NCBI GenBank assembly: GCA_002633005.1
Contig: NMRA01000007.1
Location: 1,605,697 to 1,669,696, forward strand
Direction: 5' to 3'
DNA: 64,000 nt
From: Phoronis australis
Lineage: Eukaryota; Animalia; Phoronida
Part shown: in pieces, positions 49,301 through 63,226 of the stretch
Layout: each line of letters starts with the position of its first letter
Position numbering within the stretch: the stretch's first letter is position 1
Translations under genes and position numbers: made by a program
The notes under the pieces: model-generated
What the model saw: only the letters and a program-made list of their open reading frames with translations
What the model was told of the DNA's origin: nothing
Database searches by the model: none

Positions 49301-52300
49301 AAAAAGACATATTTAGGACATTTTAACCTAAGTCATAGAAGAGAGTCCTTCGGTTTCTTTGACGTTTATAGTATACAAACCCAGTGTTTTGTAGCACTGG
49401 CAATTATTATCCATTCAAATATACTCTGGTACTTTTAAGTTTGACTGTCCCCTCTCTTGTAGTCATCGTGGAGTGAGTGTCTGTGTTCGAAGATGAATTT
49501 CGACCTTTTGAGTTGAGGCTTGAAACTAAAAACCATGTACTGTTAAAATCGACTCGAATTAGAACCGTTCATGCAAACTTGATTTATCTGAAGTGCAAGC
49601 TGACCGCGCAACACCAGTGCTTCAAAGATTCGTTGGAAACTGAGTTTGTAAAACCAAAATAGGCCCTGCTGAATTCTGGCAACAGGATATAAACTGCATG
49701 TTAGACGCTTAACAGTAACAGCCACCTGTTCGATTTTAAATTTCAGGAAATTTTCGTAACTCAGAAGTTTGTTGATCTGAAGAACTCAACGGAAAAAAGT
49801 CGATCCATTAAAGTCGTTCACGGCGAGCTCACGCCAGACAACAATGAAGCGCTCATTGTGGAGGTACGAAGAGTTTTTATGAGGCGTTTTTGTCGCAAAA
49901 AGACCACATTGAAAATTTCCTTCCTTAAGGATTGTCAATTCGCAATTTATTCTGTTCACATTCCGCAATATCAAAAAGCGGGAGTTTTACGTAGGTAACT
50001 TTTTGGGTATGGCTATGCAGTATTGGACCGAAGCGCACTTGTGCAATACTTCTTTCCTCTCCAATTGAAAAATAAAGGTACATAAGAAGCAAACAATCGA
50101 GACCAGGGTCGAGTTCAATTAGTGTCTCGTAGCAAGAAAAATCTTGTAAAAATCACGTGCACTCTTTGAAATACACGGCGATATCTCGCGAGATCTTGCT
50201 TTTTAGCGAGACTCAAGCGTTATACTGAACCATAACCACTGGCCAAACGGACATCAAGTCCTACCAAAGTGTTCGAGGAATATTATAAAACCAGTTATGA
50301 GTTTAAGTGGCTTAATTCGATTTGTTTACGGAGCTATACAGCTTGAAATATTCGAGTAACTTTTTAATTTAATGGTTTAATTTTTGTAGTATGACTTCAT
50401 AGCAGCCTATCGCAAGGATCCCATGACGGTGCTCAAGCGATACGCTGAAAGTAATGGTCTCCGGCTGGTGGACTTGTTCAGGCAATTTGACAAAGACAAC
50501 AGTTTAACGGTTAACCGAAAGGAGTTCGTCCTAGGAGTGAGGGTATGCAGTTCGACTAGAACTTTTTAGAAGAGGAACGGGATTTCTAATATGATACGTT
50601 ATTGACTTCGACAGGAAGATGCTGACGCCGAACAAGACAAATATGAGCCTCAAAAAATGCTACTCGCCACACTTTCGATCTACAGTCAACGGAAAATAGT
50701 TTTGAGTTGCTTTTGCAAAACTACATGTAGACGTTTAACTACAGTGCTTGGTCGACAGCGTTCTGTTTTGTTGCACGAGGAAGTACATAGGCTCGAGATT
50801 TTCACTACTCAAAACATGTTTAAAACTTGTCAAGAGATCAAGTAATGTATTTACATTTCAGAGTGCTGGAATAGAAATGTCGGAGCATCAGATAGATACT
50901 TTGATGAATAAATTAGACAAAGACGGCGATGGCGAAATCGATTATGCGTAAGTTGAGACGTCTGTAGCCACCTAATTTTAATTCATACAAGAAATTAATT
51001 GACAAAAATGGGCCAAACAGTCAACAAACAAACGTTTAAGTCATATCCTGGTGATAAAAATAAGTTTATTTACTAGCGTATTTGTCTTTCCAAAGCGCTG
51101 CCATCACTCTCTAGCCAGGCTGTGTAAGACGCCATGCAGCTTCAGAAGTTGAAACCAACCCGCCATGATCAAGCAAATTCATAAGTCTAACAGGTTTGAG
51201 GCAATATTGAACTGTCAATGAACAGAATTGTTATTAGTCTTATTGCTACGGAGACGATTGCATGGTATTTTGTGCGTAGCGGAGGACAACTGAAAAAAAT
51301 ATTTGCAATTTTCAGATTAACAAGGGAAGAAACTTGAAACTTTTTAAGACACTCTCTGAATAACGTCTTTGTTCCATGTTGTTCATAATTTAATGTTTTA
51401 ATATCATATTTTACGATTTCACATTTTTACAGTTTGCAGCTCTTACTATAATGCTTGGTCAATCATTTCGTATGTGTGCACTGTACTGTATGCAAATGAT
51501 AATTGGCAATCAGATGCAAAAGTAACGTCTCTGGTAGCTACGAAGTCAAGTTCCACATGCCCAGGGTTATTTTCATAGGTGACGTGTATGGTACTTGTCA
51601 CTCAGATTAGTGGTGTTTCCGAGACAAGGTGACCCTAACCGAAAGGTGCCTTTTCGCTTTATTTGTCTACGAGTGCATTTTATCAAGAGAACTCTGCTGA
51701 ACATTGTTTTATTTTATTTTGGTTCGTTGGGTTAAAAAGACTACTTTCCAAGATTGGTAGTTAAGTCAATATTAATTCAATAAAAGTATTTTTTGCATTG
51801 AAAATCCATGGGGAATTTGCAACGAAAGGGAGACTTTTTCATAGATTTCCTGGCAAATGGGCCCCTTTTCATCGTACTAACTCTCCAAAAGTTTGGGTTG
51901 TTATCGTGATGACCTCTCCAAAAAGGATGGGTATCTTCACTTTCCAGGGACACACTCGTAACCACGTGACATGTTTTTGACACGAATAAGAACTAATAGC
52001 TTTGTCAAAACTACTCCTCAAATAATGGCAACGTGGAAACAGGCCAGGGGTGGATACAGGATTTTGAGTTAGGGTGGGCCATGGCAGTGCATTAGCCAGG
52101 ATTTCAAACATTCGCACCCCCGAACTGCCAAATGGAATCTGGGAGACTTTTAGTGGGGTGGGGCATGGCCCCCTTGGTCCCCCTCTAAATCCGCCACCAC
52201 AGACCACCTGTATGCTAGGTATAAGAGCCAATGACACAGTTTATGTACAGTTGCCATAATAAGAGATACGTTTATTTTACATTTTTACCCATCTATATGC

Positions 52301-52906
52301 AAATTATTAATTTATTTACACTTTTAGATATCCTGTCACATTGAATGCAGCTTGTAATCGAACTAAAACACTTGATTGCTAATATTACTCTGATTGTTAA
52401 ATCGTATAAACTGTCCTCTCCGTAACATGTTGTCCCCTCCGTTACAGGTTGTCCCCTCCGTAACATGTTGTCCCCTCCGTTACAGGTTGTCCTCTCCGTA
52501 ACATGTTGTCCTCTCCGTAACATGTTGTCCCCTCCGTTACAGGTTGTCCCCTCCGTTACAGGTTGTCCCCTCCGTTACAAGTTGTCCCCTCCGTTACAGG
52601 TTGTCCCCTCCGTTACAAGTTGTCCCCTCCGTTATAGGTTGTCCTTTCCATTACATTATAGGGAGAATGGATGCCTAATTATCTTGATTTTTCAAAATCA
52701 GTTCATATAATTGCAGTGAACTTTTGGAAGGGGACAAGAAGAATAGACGAGCAAAGTTAATGCTGGCAAAGGTGATGGCAGAAAACGAAGAAAAACACAA
52801 CGCTGTAGATGACGACACTACCGTAAAAACAGTAGTTATCACGGGTGATTCCAGCGATCTTGAAAAGCTCGCAGAAGACAAAAACGGGGCCGTCGTGCCT
52901 CATTGA
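43379..52906 (+). CDS. LRRC74A: Leucine-rich repeat-containing protein 74-like (RI-type LRRs plus 2 C-terminal EF-hands), 11 exons: 43379-43733, 45551-45723, 46711-46818, 46992-47135, 47545-47712, 48337-48531, 49195-49290, 49747-49863, 50390-50542, 50862-50947, 52717-52906; ~594 aa (an upstream exon is possible)
   Basis: All exons are GT-AG and in phase (1785 nt). Motifs GYDTD, YLEQCRRLGVLPVTYFIRNM..NHGLGPLGTRALA, N.SL..LDLSWN LRRs, DPMTVLKRY...RLVDLFRQFDKDNSLTVNRKEF and LDKDGDGEIDYAEL. Confidence 0.9.
44048..44200. mobile_element. Head-to-tail dimer of a ~76-bp CATGGGCG...CCCATG mini-MITE
   Basis: Two units each contain gcagcactgaaataagtgggggct.tagcc and are bounded by catggg/cccatg. Confidence 0.7.
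52045..52198 (+). mobile_element. PIF/Harbinger-like MITE
   Basis: caggggtggatacaggattttgagttaggg ... ccctctaaatccgccacc. Confidence 0.7.
52411..52652. repeat. 19-bp minisatellite (GTTGTCCCCTCCGTTACAG and variants), ~12 copies, just upstream of the last LRRC74 exon
   Basis: Seen directly; variants gtaacat / gttacag / gttacaa. Confidence 0.95.
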
Positions 52907-55439
52907 CATTTTTACGAGTAGATGTAAATAAAAGATCATGAAAAATCGTCTAAATTCACAATTTATTGTTACCTTACTTCGGTAAAATCTCATCAATTTA
53001 GAATACCGTGAGGCCGAAAAGTGAAATTTTATTATTTTTTCACCTTTTCCGGGAATAAGTACCACCAATCATATCATTTTCAAAGATCTATGCTGCAGCT
53101 GCCATCAGATAGAAAACAAAAACTTTAGAAGCTTTGAAAATAGAGCATAATCTGGCTATTATTTTGTACTGAAATTGGTGAGATCAATTTGCCGTGTTTT
53201 TGTTCATTTATCGTACTTTCGTGTTCGGTGCTTTGATTTGCATAAGTAAAATTTCATGATAAACGTGACGTCAACTTTGTCCGAACTTCCTGAGTAGTAA
53301 TTTTCATAAATGATATTTCTACAGGTGAGCAGTGACGTTCACCTAGGTTTTGACGGAAATGGTTAAGCAGTCTTATTGCTTATTATAGCCGCTCAGACCA
53401 TTATTGCGGAAGAGTTCCTTGACAAGCCAATCCTACCGTCTGCAACTATGCAATTAAGATCTACAACAAAAAATAGGCTTTCAAGCAAGGGATTCGTAAT
53501 AAGATTTTTGGAAACTCGTTGAAAACAAGTCATGTGCACAGGAAATTGAAATTCACACGTCATTAAATCTAACATCCGATTAAGTGATTTATTTTAGTGG
53601 AAGGAAATTTTATCACAATTCCCCCAAAGAAGTTAATCAATGTATATCATATATAACGGGTAATAGACACGTGGGTACCACATTTTGAGAACTACACTTT
53701 ACTGAATGGCCGCATCAACCTGGTTCTCAAATCCGGCATTTACATACCTGACTCATTATCCAGCGAAGCCAGACAGTCCATTTCCATATCTTTTGTGTTG
53801 CTTATAGCACAAGTCTAACATTGGGTGAAGATAATTCAGCGCGGACTACTTTCCTTATCAGTCAAGCAACTGAAGTCAATTTAATTTTGACATGAGTGTA
53901 CCTAATTATAGTGAATCAACTATTATGATTCGAACACCGATTTCGGACATTTTTTTGTGTTCTACATATATCTGGAATCATTAATTCTTGAAAACGTGCA
54001 AAAACCGTTTTATACTTTTATAGGCCGAATTGCCGGTTTGTTACATTTTACGACCCTCAGGCTGCTGGCAACGCTCACTGAAATAACTCTGTAAGTGCCT
54101 GTGAATACAGTATGAATGACTATGGCTGAGCGATTTTAAAGGTTGCTGAAGTATAAAAACATGCATTTTTCATGTAATTTAGTTTATGAATAAAGTCTAT
54201 ATCAGAAATCACATCTTTTTTATTCTTTCGCATTTTTGTAAAAGTGTTTTTCCAATGTTATTCCTATTGGCTAACAACGCGCTTCTTACGTCAGTCACTG
54301 AGGTTGCACCTTGGGTGATGGCAATAAGACAAGTTATAGTAGCTCATTAGGTGAATGCCTCTTGGCTACAGAACTGTCCTTTATTTGTATAACTCGTTTG
54401 CTATCTCGGCTCTCAAAAATTCATAATACAAGTCTACTTCTGTGTCGTGTTGACTATTAGTGGAACGATGCCGTTCTGCAACCTGGCCCCGGCCGCGTAG
54501 CCTTCAGTTGCCTTGGTGCAAAGATGTATAATAAATATACAGCCGTTGCGCCGACGTGGGTAAAAATTTATCCAGTAAAATCTACCCGGGCTGTGTAAAA
54601 TTTTGGAGTTTAACGGCGGGAGCTGAACACACAGTGGTACCTAGCTGTATTTTTACGATCTCATAAGGCTAGCTGGCTGGCTAGGCGCCGGGATGCACCA
54701 ACGCCACAGGGAAGAAAAACAGCGTTTTGTGGGGAGAACTATCACTGGCTTTTGGAATAAACAGGGATGAATTTAGAGATCTAAAGTCGACAGTTTAAGG
54801 GAGGTATATGTTCCTCCGACTCACCCCGTCGCCGCGCCTAGTGAAACAGGCGCCGTGTTTTGATTTTTTTCAATGTATCCTGGAGTACTTTTCATGAAAA
54901 CATCCTCACAGAATCAATGGGCATATTAAACAGTAATACAGTCTGAATTGGGCCAACGAAACTGGGTCACGGGCCGATCATGAAACGCCGACGACTCTTA
55001 CCCCGGCGGGAATCCCGTGAGTAACTCGCCCTGGCACCACAGACGTCGCTATGTGTCAGGTTACTGTAAAACGGTTTCTTTTACAGAAGAGTAAAAATAT
55101 ATGGAGAAGCTTTTAGAGCTGGAACGTACATGAAATATCCCTTTTTAGAGTTACGATCTTTTCTATGGGGAAAATTATATGTAGAGTAAGGTGGTCATCT
55201 CGTTACCAATCCAGCATTTTTTGTAATAAGCTATTGCAGACTTTTTAGGCATAGCCTTGGCGAAAAGCTGTATGCATACATAGATTACTATACTCTAGTC
55301 TATGATGATGCATACTACACCTCTACACTACAGTCATAGTCTTCAATTCATATGTTTAGGCATACTGGCTGGCTGGCTATGTCAGACATAGCCATACCAA
55401 GGCCCAAACCATAGACAGTACCACCTGGCTCGGCTGGCT

Positions 55440-55749
55440 GTAGAGATGCTGGTGAAGCTCCTCGTTCAGTTCCCAAAATCGGAAACTCGTCACTTATAAC
55501 ACTGTGCGTGGCAGTGATGTCATATCCCCTAGCGTGCGCAGTGTAAAAATGGCCTGTTACCAATTTTGGGAACTGAACGAGGGACTGCTCGAAGAAAAGG
55601 TTGGATAACGAGAGAATTCTTCGAGTTGGAAGGAATTTAATACATCGACAGCCTCCTAAGGTGTCCCTCTATGCACAAGAGGTGTGAGGCATAATTTGCT
55701 GAAAAGCTTCCAGCGTATGCAGCTCATATAGGAGCTACACCATCTGTAG
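55440..55749. mobile_element. TIR-bounded MITE with an internal palindrome
   Basis: tagagatgctggtgaagctcct ... aggagctacaccatctgtag; internal ctcgttcagttcccaaaat / attttgggaactgaacgag inverted pair. Confidence 0.7.
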
Positions 55750-56623
55750 TCAACTAGAGATGGTGGTCGCTGTCTAGTCCATAGCATTCTCTACAGTTTT
55801 TTGTCCAGCACCAGGCATGCTGATACACTGGTCCAATTACCTACCTTGCTTATAATAACTCTGAAGTCATTTCTAATTATGTATTTTTAGATGCATTAAT
55901 TGCTCTAATCCACATCAATGTGTCTTACAAATTTCAGTATCCAAAAAAGACCTTGTCTTGAATAGGATCATTCCAGGTTACACAGCGACAGAACTCTCCT
56001 TTTGTGTTTTAGGTAAGAAACCACGTGCTTTGTTTTGGAATGTCAGACACATTTTCAAAGGTGATGTCGGAAACCCCGAGGTGTATATCTGCGGAAATAT
56101 TTCCAATTTTAACTGTTCAAAAGTCCCGGAATTGAAAAGAGTATCATCAAGAAAGCGGATTCTGTTCAGTTGAAATTTAATCCAAAAAATTTGTTTTATC
56201 CACTAGCTCCACATTTTCTTGTCTTGTTTGATGTTGGGGGGAAAGCAAAAAACTTAACGTCACACATCCACGGGTATTTTTGAAGTTTATATAACTTTCT
56301 CTTGTCGGGAATTGTAGCCCACAACACAGCAGTTACTTCCTTGGCATTGGAAGGACGAAAGGAGAAGTGCGACAGAGAAAAAAAATTAAAGACTACAACA
56401 ACAACAAAGAGCATGTAGAACTCCAATGGGGTGAAAACCATGAGGCTACAAATTAAAGTGCTTGACGAATATTATGGCTAAATAAAACGAGATTCGAGTG
56501 TCGCTGAGTAATCCGTGATGGCCCCATCGATGATTGTTTTGTTGAAGTCCTGTTCTCCTGATCAATTGCTTCACGGGGTGAGAAGAAATGCTATTTTTGT
56601 AGATTTAAGGACTTCATTTGACA

Positions 56624-59600
56624 ATGGGAGATTCTAGCTCAGAAAGTAGTTCAGAGAGCTTCAACAGCACATTTAGCCCAGAGAATTCCAACCCAACAGA
56701 TGGCTCCTGGGTAAGTCACTAGATTAAGGTGCACCAAGAACTATTATTAAGTTTCCTGAACATCCCATATATGAGAAGATTTTGGAAGAGTGGGAGACAT
56801 ATATCTACAGCAGTGTTGTGTGCGAATTTGTTTGTCATTGAGAATGACGACATTTTGGGAATAGAAATTCAAAGAGGATTTTAAAACCTCTCCATGCAGT
56901 TTTCACATTGTGGCTTTGTAAGGTGTTGCTTTCAAGTTAATCAACATAACCAAATTACCAATCAGTAAAATTTTAATAGCTTTTCATTTCTACATATGAG
57001 AGTAGCACCCTCAGTCAGTTTCATGCAGGCTGATATCATAACTGTAGAACTCTGAATCTCATTTCATGCCACTTTGCAAAAATGTTTGATATTGAGAATT
57101 TTCGGTTTTCAATCAATATCATAAACAATACCTTTAAAGTGATACATTACAGTTGTGATGTCATATGGCACTATTCTACTTCATAGATATCACGACTCAT
57201 TTTTAGAATATTGTAATTTAAGAATGTGATTAAGATAAACTTCATTATCAGAAATGTTTCTCAGAACTGGTAGCAAATCTGATTGAGTGAGACTGAGAAG
57301 TTAGATCTGGGGTGAAAAGTTCACTTACCTTTAAGCACATGTGACCTCTGGGTCTTCCAGGTGGCACAAACTGAGGCGGAGATTAAGCCTGTCTTCTTTA
57401 TATCAGACCTCTGACATTTGTGTTCACACGAATCTGATGTGTTTGATTAGTAGTAAAATCTCACCTATATAGGACGCAGCATGCAAAAGGCCAAATAAAT
57501 GTTTTATCATTTTTAAAGTTATGAACCATACCTTTCCTTAGACAATTCTTTGAGACATTGTAGGTATTCACAGCTATGTCAGTGGCCTCTGACGAATGAA
57601 AAAATATCAATTTTGGGCATTATTATTTCTGAAATTGGTGTCATGTTACCATACCAATTATTCAACTCATTGTGTGTTATTCAGGAGGAGGGTGATGACT
57701 CGGACGTCCTTGATGATGAATCCCTGTTGAATACCACCGATGACGGGCCATTTATCGCTGTATCCAAGGCCTGTCAACTGGGCAATGTGGAGGAATTGAA
57801 GACTCTGATTGGAGAAGGGAAGTCTGTAGCGGTCTCAGACAGCAGGGGTTGGTTTCCCGCTCACGAGGCTGCAGCAGCTGGGCACGCTGAATGTCTGAAG
57901 GTAGTTCTAGAGCAAGGTATGCTTGAAACCACAGTTGCCAACTGTGAACACGTAAGCCTGCTTATCTTGGGTTTGCATTCTATTTTTGTGCTTGGATTTT
58001 CACTAAATTTACTCTTTTATTTGTCAAGTCCAAGAGCATTTGCAAAGGATATTTCAGCAACAGTGTCTGAAAGCCAAATGAAGTGCTGAAAATTAGTCAA
58101 GTTAAAATCACATATCTTAAACTGACTGCAATAAATTATCTTTGGATCAAACTGTTGAAGTTATCGGTGAACTCCTCTCAGTCCATAGTGTATATTGTGT
58201 GAAATTCCTGTGAAAAGTTTGAAATTAAAATGGTTTCCTCACAAACCGAGAACCATAAGGGTTTGTGGTTTTAATATTGAAATATTCATCAGTCTTTTGA
58301 ATTCTGTAAAAAGGTAACATGACTGTTCTTTGCAGAGAATTTTGACGTATGCCAGGGTACATATGATGGTGAAACTGCCCTGCACATTGCGGCTAAACTC
58401 GGTCACACTGACTGTGTGCTGATGCTGTTAGCTCACAAGGCTGACCCTAACAAAGTGGACAATAATCTAGATACACCTCTCCACACTGGTGAGTAGGAAC
58501 ACTTCTGAATTGGTGTTATATTAGGGAATCTCCTATGTCTTACGGACCCCAATAATTTAAAGGGTCAGTCAAGTCAACCACACACCCTTTTACCTAGACT
58601 CACATTGTAAACCTGGTCTTGACTTGTTCCTTAATTGAATTAAAGACTATTCTTAGACTTGGGAAAACCAGTCGTTCATTGTTGCTTGAGATGAGCTTTG
58701 ATGGCCAGGTCATTTAATGTGGCAAGCATGGTCTCAAGCACTTGGTGAACTGTCAGTTCTTCCATAGTCCAGAAATGATTCCTCATATGATTAAGGAACA
58801 TGTTAAGACAAATTTTATTCCAGAAAGTGTTCCGAATCATGTTAGTATTTTGGCATCCATAGATGAGTTTGTAGCCACTTAAATACCGGGGATTTTCAAA
58901 AGAGCACCCTACTTCTATTTTGTGAATTTGCGTCCAGGGAGCCTCAGGTCGCTTTTTCGGAAAGAAGCAGCTGGACTCCTTCTGTAGCTTGTATCACAGA
59001 CCTCAACACTTACATTTATCCGTGGATTTTTAAGATGCTGTAAGAGGAACAAGTGATCGATTAGATTACAATACTTCCATCCTATGCTATCTCCACATTA
59101 GTTGAAATGTGTTTACTCTACTTTCAAGCTCTTAAGTCACGCAAGCTGGAGTGTGCCAAGGTATTGCTGGCTGCGGAAGGCATTAAGGTCGACCATATTA
59201 ACTTGAATGGCAGTACAGCTCTGTCATGTGCGGCTTCGTGTGGCAGTGCAGACATCATTCGAACACTACTAGACATGGGAAGTGACCTGACTGTGCTTGA
59301 GGACTTCTGGCTGACACCGGTCTTCATTGCTGCCCAGTTCGGCCATCTTGAGAGTTTGAGAGCGATGCTTGTGACAGCTGAAGAAAGAGGTGAATTTGAT
59401 GCATGGACTTTTGTATCCATGCTCAAACAGACCAATGCACTTCTGTGATAAAACTTGTTCAATTGCAGTGAGACAGTGTGGTATGCTTCTGGACACCCAA
59501 AATCTGCAGCATCTCAGAAACTAAGGTTAAACAAGATTGAAACCATTAAACACCACAAATGGGGCCTGTTAGTTCCACTCTCAGATGTTGTCTTATGATG

Positions 59601-62600
59601 GGAAATTAGAAGGGATAACCTGCCTTATTTCAGAAATTGACGTAACATTTCTGCTCCGATACAAGCCGTGTAATTGGGAAGCTCCAAAAATGGAATATGA
59701 AATAGTAGTAAAAATAAAATGTCAAGCATCGGTACTAAAATATAATATTAAAATATTCCCCACGTTTCAAGCGATGCACTCTTTGTATGTTAAAAACTGT
59801 ACAGTCTACTTTTACTATTTAATAATTTATTTTTGTCCGTTCTTAACTGCAAGGTATTCCAGCATCTATTTGATTTATCTATACATGATTTTCAGGTGGG
59901 CTTAAATGGGATTTTTGGCTTATATAAGGCAAAATCTTACCAATTTCAAACAAAGATGGTTGCCAATTAATTTAATTCAAAGTCTTCAGATCTAAAGTTG
60001 TTAGGAATTCTGACAATTTCTTAAAGCATTATTTTATGGTAACTGTGGTAAAGAACCTTAATAAAACAATTGCTTGGCACTACTTGCATCTTATAACAAA
60101 AATGAATTAAATAGAACTTCACTTGTCTGCCATATTGTGTAATGGAAAGATATGTCAACAGCCTGGCAAAGGATCTGCTTCTCGTAGCGTGAGCATAATC
60201 CTACATGGAACAAACACAGGCTGTATTCCGTAGCGAGTTGGTCATTGTTTTTGCTTAATTAAAGTGAAAGCACACACATCAAGATGCAGCTCCTTTGCTG
60301 GGCTGTTGACGTCACATTGTACTGTTGATAAAGGCCATGAGAACAGTATTTAGTAATATTTTTTCCGAGATGAGCAGGTATTTGTAGTCTTAGTAAGGGA
60401 AATATCAAAAATGGTTGACTCTTCCCCTTTAAATTGTTGGTAGGAGGCACAGCCTAGTCGGATCCATCCAAAACAGTCATATGTTGTCACATTATTAGGA
60501 ACACAGTTGCCAAATTTCACAAGATTCGGCAAATAGTTTATGATATAACCTGGGTATCCAAAAACAGTTGCCTCTGAGGGCAATAGTTGGACCCATCTGA
60601 AAATCAATATCAGTCACGCTGTTTACGGTAGGAGTACATCAGTCAATTTTCTTCGTGATCCTATGAGTGGCGTGGCATATAGAGAGGCTGATGACAGAAA
60701 ATAGACTCAAAAGTAATAAAAATGGTCACAAGGTGGTGCAGAATACATCTAATTTGTCCAAAAATGGGAAGACATTGCCATTTTATAGAATACTATTTAC
60801 CAAATTTTATGAACATCGCCAAGGGACTCCAAAAATGCGGAGGCAAACGTAAAATACTAGACTTGCCATCAGGGCATGTTAGTCAAATTCGTTCAAAAGT
60901 TATCGTCATCCATTGTCAGCTCTGTAAGAACACATGCCAATTTCCATGAAGATTCTTCTATGAGTTTTGGAGATACAGCAGATGTCTGACCAGAAGTGAC
61001 AGCAACATGCACAGTACACGTCAAAAGTATTCAGATAAATTAACCCAGAATTCCCTATCTGCCGGCTAGGCGGAAACTTAATTCATCATCAGATTAGTTT
61101 CCTCTCGTCAGCCAGAATGAAGGATAATTAACAGTAAAGTTACTATGGTGGATAAGCCGTTATGTAATTGTAATTTTCCCCCACATTAGTTATTGCCAGT
61201 CATTTTTGCTGCTAACCGAGTTGACTGTCATGCCTTGTACTGTAAGTGTATGTGCGCAAATAAAAAAGAAGTCTGGGCTGTGCACTGTTGTTCCCCCTTT
61301 CCCTGAGCATCGTGCTGAGTAAATTGGAAGTTTTTCTTTTGAAAAATTGCCCTAACATACTTAGTCTTGGCAGTCCTCTGATAACATTGTGATTATTTTC
61401 AGATCAACTGCTGTTTGTCGTCAACAGTGATACTGCAGATGGCGCTTCTCCCTTGTATATCGCCGCTCAGGAGGGACACCACGACTGTATCCGCCTTCTC
61501 TTGGACAATGGCGCTGATCCAACAAAGGCCTTGACCTTTGAGAAATATACTCCACTTGTGCCTGCTGTCTTGAAAGGACATCGAAAGTAATCTTTGTCAT
61601 GTACATTTTATTTCAATCTATTTGACTTCAACTGCATGACAAGAATCGTATGTTGACACCCAAGCCGGTCAAGATTGGGCAACTCAACCTACCTCAGGAA
61701 TTGCGGATTTGGATCAAAGACGGCATGCTGTTGTGGTTATTTAAATTGCCTCAATCTGCTGATGTTATTGTTCTTAGATAATCAGACCCACTACAAACAC
61801 ACTGGGGGAGCCCAGCCAGTATTCTGTGCCTCATTAATTCTGTGGGGTGTGGAACATAATGGGCCAATTACCAAACCAGCAGGGAGCGTTGGGTTTCGAG
61901 GTAGGCCAAGTGTCATCGTACCATTCTTGGCATGTGGGGATTGATGCAAATTGTCAGTTTGCCGTTGTGTTTGTTTTGCCGTGAGGTCATACGGTAATTT
62001 TGTCTTAAAGCTGCATTTCACCCGTTGGGTGAAAACGAAATTTGAATCTTGCCTTTAACCTTCATAATATTGCTTAATGTGATAGAATTCCACTTCTGTT
62101 ACCATCAGTGGCTCAAGAAAACCCTTCAGACTTAATAGGTGTTGGCGAATTCAAAATGGCACATGAACACATTGCCTGTGACTTGAGTTAGTAATGGAAT
62201 TAGAATCCACTCGTGCTAAGGAATATTACGAGATCGATTTTATGAGGTTAAAAAGCCTAATTCGATTTTTGTTATTTAGCCAGCTAAATGGCGAAATACA
62301 GCTTATGTCTTGAGTTTTAAGTTTGACCATTTGCTTGTTGTAATTAGTATTGTTAAACAATTACAATTCATGGAGGCAGTTTGGGATGTTTGCTACTGTT
62401 ACTAAGCAAGCAAGCAAAATTTAAAAAAATTAATTCCTAGCTGCCACTTTAAATGTATAAAAGATATTTAAGTTGCATTATTTGAGACATCTACCGTAGT
62501 CTTTTCCTTGTTTTTTTCCTGATCTTGGTCTCCAGGTTTAACTTATAGACCACACATTAGTCAATCATGCGGGGTTGGCCGCAGCATTTTCAGAACGGAG

Positions 62601-63226
62601 TCAGATCTTGGAAACTTTTTGTAGTAAAATTGTGACTTTAACGGAGCACTAAAATTCTGTCTTTACAGATGTGTGGAGATGTTGTGGATGTCTAGGGAGA
62701 CCTCTTTGTGGGAAAAACTCCAGCCCGATCTGTTGGTTTGGGCTATTGATAGCGAGGACACAGATATGGTGGAGTTCTTACTTAAGCTCGGCTGCAATCC
62801 AGACAGGCGGGTCACCATAGATAAGTTAGACTCGGAAACAGGACCTCATATTTTCTACACGTACCTGAAGCCATCTTTTGGAGGAAAACTGCAACTAGAC
62901 TATGACAAAGTTTCACCCGTCTGTATGACAATAGCAAGAAGAGATGAAGAAAATACCCTGCGGATTCTGAAATGCATGTCTTCGCTGGAGCCAGAATCTG
63001 CAACCGAGTGTCCGATTATATACTTTGCGTTGTTGCACCACATGAGAGGTCAGACGATATTAACGAAGTTACTGAGAACATATCAAGTGAACTTGGATTA
63101 CTGGTATCCAGAATGGTTGACTGGTAATTTATCTGTGATGCTGTGTTTATCCAGGCCGCATGCTTTAGTGGAGGTCTTGAAGTGCGGCGCAGAGGTGGAT
63201 TCCGTTTTTGGAACTGGGTATCAGAA
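56624..63226 (+). CDS. ASB3: Ankyrin repeat protein, ASB3-like; 5' six exons 56624-56710, 57685-57916, 58336-58488, 59129-59389, 61403-61586, 62669-63226; continues beyond the window
   Basis: In-phase GT-AG exons. VSKACQLGNVEELKTLIGEGKSVAVSDSRGWFPAHEAAAAGHAECL, TYDGETALHIAAKLGH, EDFWLTPVFIAAQFGHLESL and DGASPLYIAAQEGHHDCIRLLLDNGADP parallel ASB3 ankyrin repeats. The SOCS box is not reached within the window. Confidence 0.82.

Noticed and set aside
52293-52710. Repetitive ORFs MLRRGQHVTE... and MLSPPLQVV...
   Set aside because: Translations of the 19-bp minisatellite
59124-59462. Minus-strand ORFs overlapping ankyrin and LRR exons (also 48333-48557, 47541-47753, 52675-52881, 6567-6947)
   Set aside because: Antisense shadows of real or decayed plus-strand exons
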